Shown: in pieces, positions 60,160 to 64,000 of the stretch | Position numbering within the stretch: position 1 is the stretch's first letter | Layout of the letters: each line of letters starts with the position of its first letter | Source: Candidatus Iainarchaeum sp. | Lineage (GTDB): Archaea > Iainarchaeota > Iainarchaeia > Iainarchaeales > GCA-2688035 | Assembly: GCA_017610175.1 (NCBI GenBank) | Contig: JAFCCO010000002.1 | Span: 46,706-110,705 of the forward strand | Direction: 5' to 3' | DNA: 64,000 nt | The notes under the pieces: generated by a model | Seen by the model: only the letters and a program-made list of their open reading frames with translations | Told to the model about the DNA's origin: nothing | Database searches by the model: none | Program-made: the position numbers and the translations under genes

Positions 60160-63105
60160 AAAATCCTCGGGTCCTTAGTATTGGTGCGCTGAACAAATCG
60201 CCGAAGCTTTTTGCGTACACGCCCAACCTATCAAACCGGTGTTCTACCGGAACCCTCGCCCCTACATTATTCCCTCAAGGAGAATAGTTTCGGGGATGAT
60301 AGTCTCTTTTCGGGGGCCGCTTCGAGCTTAGATGCTTTCAGCTCTTATCGGCTACAGCGTGGCTACCCAGCAATGCCCTGTCGGACAACTGGTAGACTAG
60401 AGGCTGCGGCACTACGTTCCTCTCGTACTCATAGTACCTTCCCTTCAGACCATCGACACTCCTAATAGATAGTATCCAAACTGGCTCGCACCGTTCTCAA
60501 CCCAACTAACGTAAGGCTTTAATGAGTTAACACCTCCACCCTTGGCTGCTTATGCACAGCCAGGATGCCTTGAGACGCCGTGGGGTCGATATGGACTCTC
60601 ACCCACGACCACACAATTACCCCCAGGGTAAGTTCACTGTAAGACCAAGGCCCCATTAAAGGGCACATTGGCGTTCGCTAGACCCAAGTTTCCTTTCCAC
60701 GTTTCTTGCTGTTCGAAACATGGTCAAGCCTGCTTTTGCTCTTGCACTCTACGACGGATTTCTGACCCGTCTGAGCAGACCTTTGGGCGCCCCTGATATC
60801 GTTTCAGGGGCGTACCGCCCCAGTCCAACTACCAATCAAATGCTGTCCCTTTTCAGGTAAGCAATACAGTTTTTGAAGGGTGGTGTTACATTGATGCTCC
60901 ACAGTTCCTGGCGAAACTGCTTCGGTGCTCCCACCTACACTATACTCCAAAAACTATACCACAACATCAGACAGTAGTAAACCTCCGTGGGGTCTTCTCT
61001 TCCCATTAGGAGATCGCGGCATATTCACCGCGCAGCAAGTTCATTAGGTTCACATTTGGGACAGCGGGAACCTCGTTGCTTCATTGGTGCAAGCCGGCAA
61101 TAAACCGGCAAGGTATTACGCTACCATAAGAGCCTCAGAGTTAGGCCCGCTCTTTACCAGCGCTTAGGCTCCTTGAAAAGAGATTTCACGTACTGGCAGT
61201 GAGCAGAAGTCAGCCTCTATACGCATCCTTTCGGACTAGCAGAGACCTGTGTTTTTAGTAAACAGTCGGGCTCCCTTTGACACTGCGACCTGCTCCGCAA
61301 GGAGCAGGCACCCCTTATACCGAAGATACGGGGCTAAATTGCCGAATTCCCTAAATGCGATTACCCTAATACGCCTAGGCATTCTCAGCCAGGGGCACCT
61401 TTCACGGTTCTCGGTACGGTTACACAAAATTCATTCTGTTTTCCTTTTCATGGACCCTCGGCCTCAGCTGGATATTGCTATTACTCCCGGATTTAGTCTC
61501 CTTCTCACCATTACGATTCTCCGGAGACTTGTTCCGGTTGAACATCACGACGGTGATGCCCAGCCTAGCCCAAAGTGTTAGAAAACAGACTGTCGTTGCC
61601 GAAGTGTATTTGTGTAGTACAGGAATATGAACCTGTTTCCCATTCCCATATTTCGGATTACGAATATGGTTAGGACCGACTAACTCTTAGCTAATGATTA
61701 GCGCTAAGAAACCCTAGCCCTTTCGGCGGAGACGATTCTCACGTCTCTATCGTTATTACTAGTACGAGGATCCATATCTCTAACAGCTCCACTCGTTGTT
61801 TCCAACGAGCTTCTGTGCTATCAGAGCACTTCTTTACAGCATCACCCACAACTGTGGGTGGCCTCAGGTATCGGTAACTGGTTTAGTCCTGATTATTTTC
61901 AAGGCCTTCAACCTGGGTAGGTGAGCTGTTACGCATTCTTTAAAGGATGGCTGCTTCTAAGCCAACCTCCCTACTGTCTGTGGATGAAGACACTTTTCGA
62001 CTTTACACTTAACCAGTATTTAAGGACCTTAACCTAAGTCTGGGTTGTTCCCCTCAAGGACACCAAGCTTACCCCGGAGCCCCTACTCCAGCTTTCTACA
62101 CAGTCAAAGAATTCGGAGTTTAACAAGAAAGCGAGGCCTCTCGGCCCCGTACTTTCTAATTAGTATCTCTACACCTTTGACATGCTCCAGCCAGACTAAC
62201 CTAAGAGTTACTTCAAGAAGAGCCTGCTATTGCCATGCGAGTGAGTCGCATTTTACGTCTATACCCAGGTCACCCGAGCAGATAGACTAACACCGGTTGC
62301 GGACCTCCACCACCCGGTAGGGTGGCTTCGTCCTGCCCAGGCATAGATCGCCGTGGCTTCAGGTCTGAGAGCAGTGACTTGCGCTATTACACGTACACCC
62401 TGTCCGAAGATGCGGTGTCTTGCTTTCGCTACGGCTTCGCCCGTGAAAGGCTTAACCTTGCCACTACCCTAAATTCCCCCGCTCGTGCTTCGGGACGAAC
62501 GACACAACGCTGATCAGCCCGCATCGATTGTTCCGTTTCCAAAACGCTCTTCTGCAGGCGTCGTCTCTTTCACGCCGTGCCCGATTATAACCGTTTAGTT
62601 TCAGGTGCTTTTCGCCCCCTGTTAAGGGTACTTTTCAACTTTCCCTCACGGTACTAGTGTGCTATCGGTCTCAAGTAATATTTAGGATTAGAGGTTAATG
62701 ACCCCCAAATTCAGACGCAAAATCCAATGCATCCTACTCATGGTACCGGAAATCATCCCTCAAACTTTCGCTTACACGACTATCACGCTCTATGGTGGGC
62801 CTTTCCAGGCCACTTCAGCTTGATTCTTAGGATGTTAACCGACCGATCCACATTTCCCATACATTACTGTATGGGATTCAGATTGTCCTATGCTGTGTTC
62901 GCTCGCTGCTAATAACAGCATCCCAATTGGTTTCTTTTCCTGCAGGTACTAAGATGCTTCAATTCCCTGCGTTCCCGTTCCTTACGGAACAATTAGAGGA
63001 TCTCTGGTTCAAAGTTTGCGTGCAACTCGCCAGAGCTTATCGCAGCTTGCCACGCTCTTCGTCGGTACTTGAGCCAAGTCATCCACTAAACGGCGTACAC
63101 GATTC
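60160..63105 (-). rRNA. rrl: 23S rRNA (ends approximate)
   Basis: Sarcin-ricin loop (AGTACGAGAGGAAC), PTC segments, 5' motif GGATGACTTGGCTC. Confidence 0.97.
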
Positions 63106-63268
63106 TCTCGGAGAATACTAGTAACTAACTTGACTTGCTGTTTAGGCTTTCCAATGCACGGTCATTGAATGGCCAATAAAAGCCACTCTCACAAACCCTC
63201 CCGAAATAACTCGGGATAGGCTTCATCATAATAAATTGATGAATGTAATAAACGAGCTGATGCTCGAA

Positions 63269-63340
63269 TGGACTCGACGGGGATTGAACCCGTGACCTCT
63301 CGCTTGCAAAGCGAGCGTTCTACCACTGAACTACGAGCCC
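63269..63340 (-). tRNA. tRNA-Ala(TGC) in the 16S-23S spacer
   Basis: GGGCTCG/CGAGTCC+A; CTCGC-TTTGCAA-GCGAG. Confidence 0.96.
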
Positions 63341-63467
63341 GGGGGCAATGCCCTTGAGTCTTAATTTAGACTAGGAGTTATTATAGGTCCAATCTATACC
63401 TTGGAATAAGGTACAGAACCCCGCATGCCCGAAGGCATGCAGGGAAGCCGTCCCAATTTTATATTGA

Positions 63468-64000
63468 AGGAGGTGATCCGTCCGCAGGTTCCCCTACGGA
63501 CACCTTGTTACAACTTAGCCCGTCTCGCGGAACACAGAATTGATATTCTCAGAGAGAAAAGCTCATCCAGGCTCCACTCAACTGGCTTGATGGGCGGTGT
63601 GTGCAAGGCGCAGGGACTTATTCACCGCGCGATAGTGACACGCGATTACTGGGGATTCCAATCATTCACGAGGGTGAGTTACAACCCTCGATCCGAACCG
63701 AGGTTAAGTTTAAGAGATTACCTTCTCCTTTCGGAGTCGGAGCCCATTGTCTCAACCATTGTATGCCGCGTGTTGCCCAGGGCATTCGGGCCATACAGAT
63801 CTACCGTCGCCCACTCCTTCCTCAGCATTACTGCCGCAGTCCCACTAGAGTGCCCCCCTCAAAAGAGAAAGTTGCAACTAGTGGCGTGGGTCTCGCCCGT
63901 TGCCTGAGTTGACAGGACGCTTCATAGTACGAGCTGACGATGACCATACAACACCTCTCAGCGCGTCAGGAAAGCCCTTCAGACTGTCCATCATTCTGCT
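63468..64000 (-). rRNA. rrs: 16S rRNA, 3' part
   Basis: GGATCACCTCCT anti-SD, h44/h45, CACACCGCCC. Confidence 0.98.

Noticed and set aside
60044-63912. ORFs within rRNA and the extension of the PH-domain ORF
   Set aside because: Spurious frames in rRNA; 23S length is normal and no homing-endonuclease intron is evident
1-64000. CRISPR array, transposase, integrase, provirus
   Set aside because: No regularly spaced repeats or recognisable mobile-element proteins seen

Overview
Chromosomal segment of an archaeon. Evidence: TATA-type promoters, many apparently leaderless genes, a BHB tRNA intron, and archaeal rRNA and RNase P RNA. Divergent rRNA, a short AlaRS and highly basic orphan genes suggest a DPANN lineage, possibly Diapherotrites/Iainarchaeota (inference). 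The window is unusually anabolic: trpEGDCFBA, guaA, purE/C/B/N/H, glyA-folD, folC, glycine cleavage plus lipoylation genes, thrC and cimA. It also holds four aminoacyl-tRNA synthetases and AlaX, seven tRNAs, rnpB, 23S, the 16S 3' part and two toxin-antitoxin modules. The best novelty candidate is the trp leader. In order it has a TATA box, a leaderless Trp-containing uORF, a 9-bp stem hiding the TTG start of an 18-aa peptide with W-L-W-A-W, an intact intron-less tRNA-Trp, a U-tract and then trpE. This looks like ribosome-sensed attenuation built around a tRNA. A similar leaderless uORF precedes cimA. Other notable points: a tRNA-Ser intron whose core is duplicated just behind the tRNA, an att-flanked mini-island with a convergent TA pair, dispersed orphans with Arg/Lys-rich N-termini (one kinase-like), and an A1405-U1496 pair in the 16S decoding site. 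Start codons and RNA ends were read by eye.
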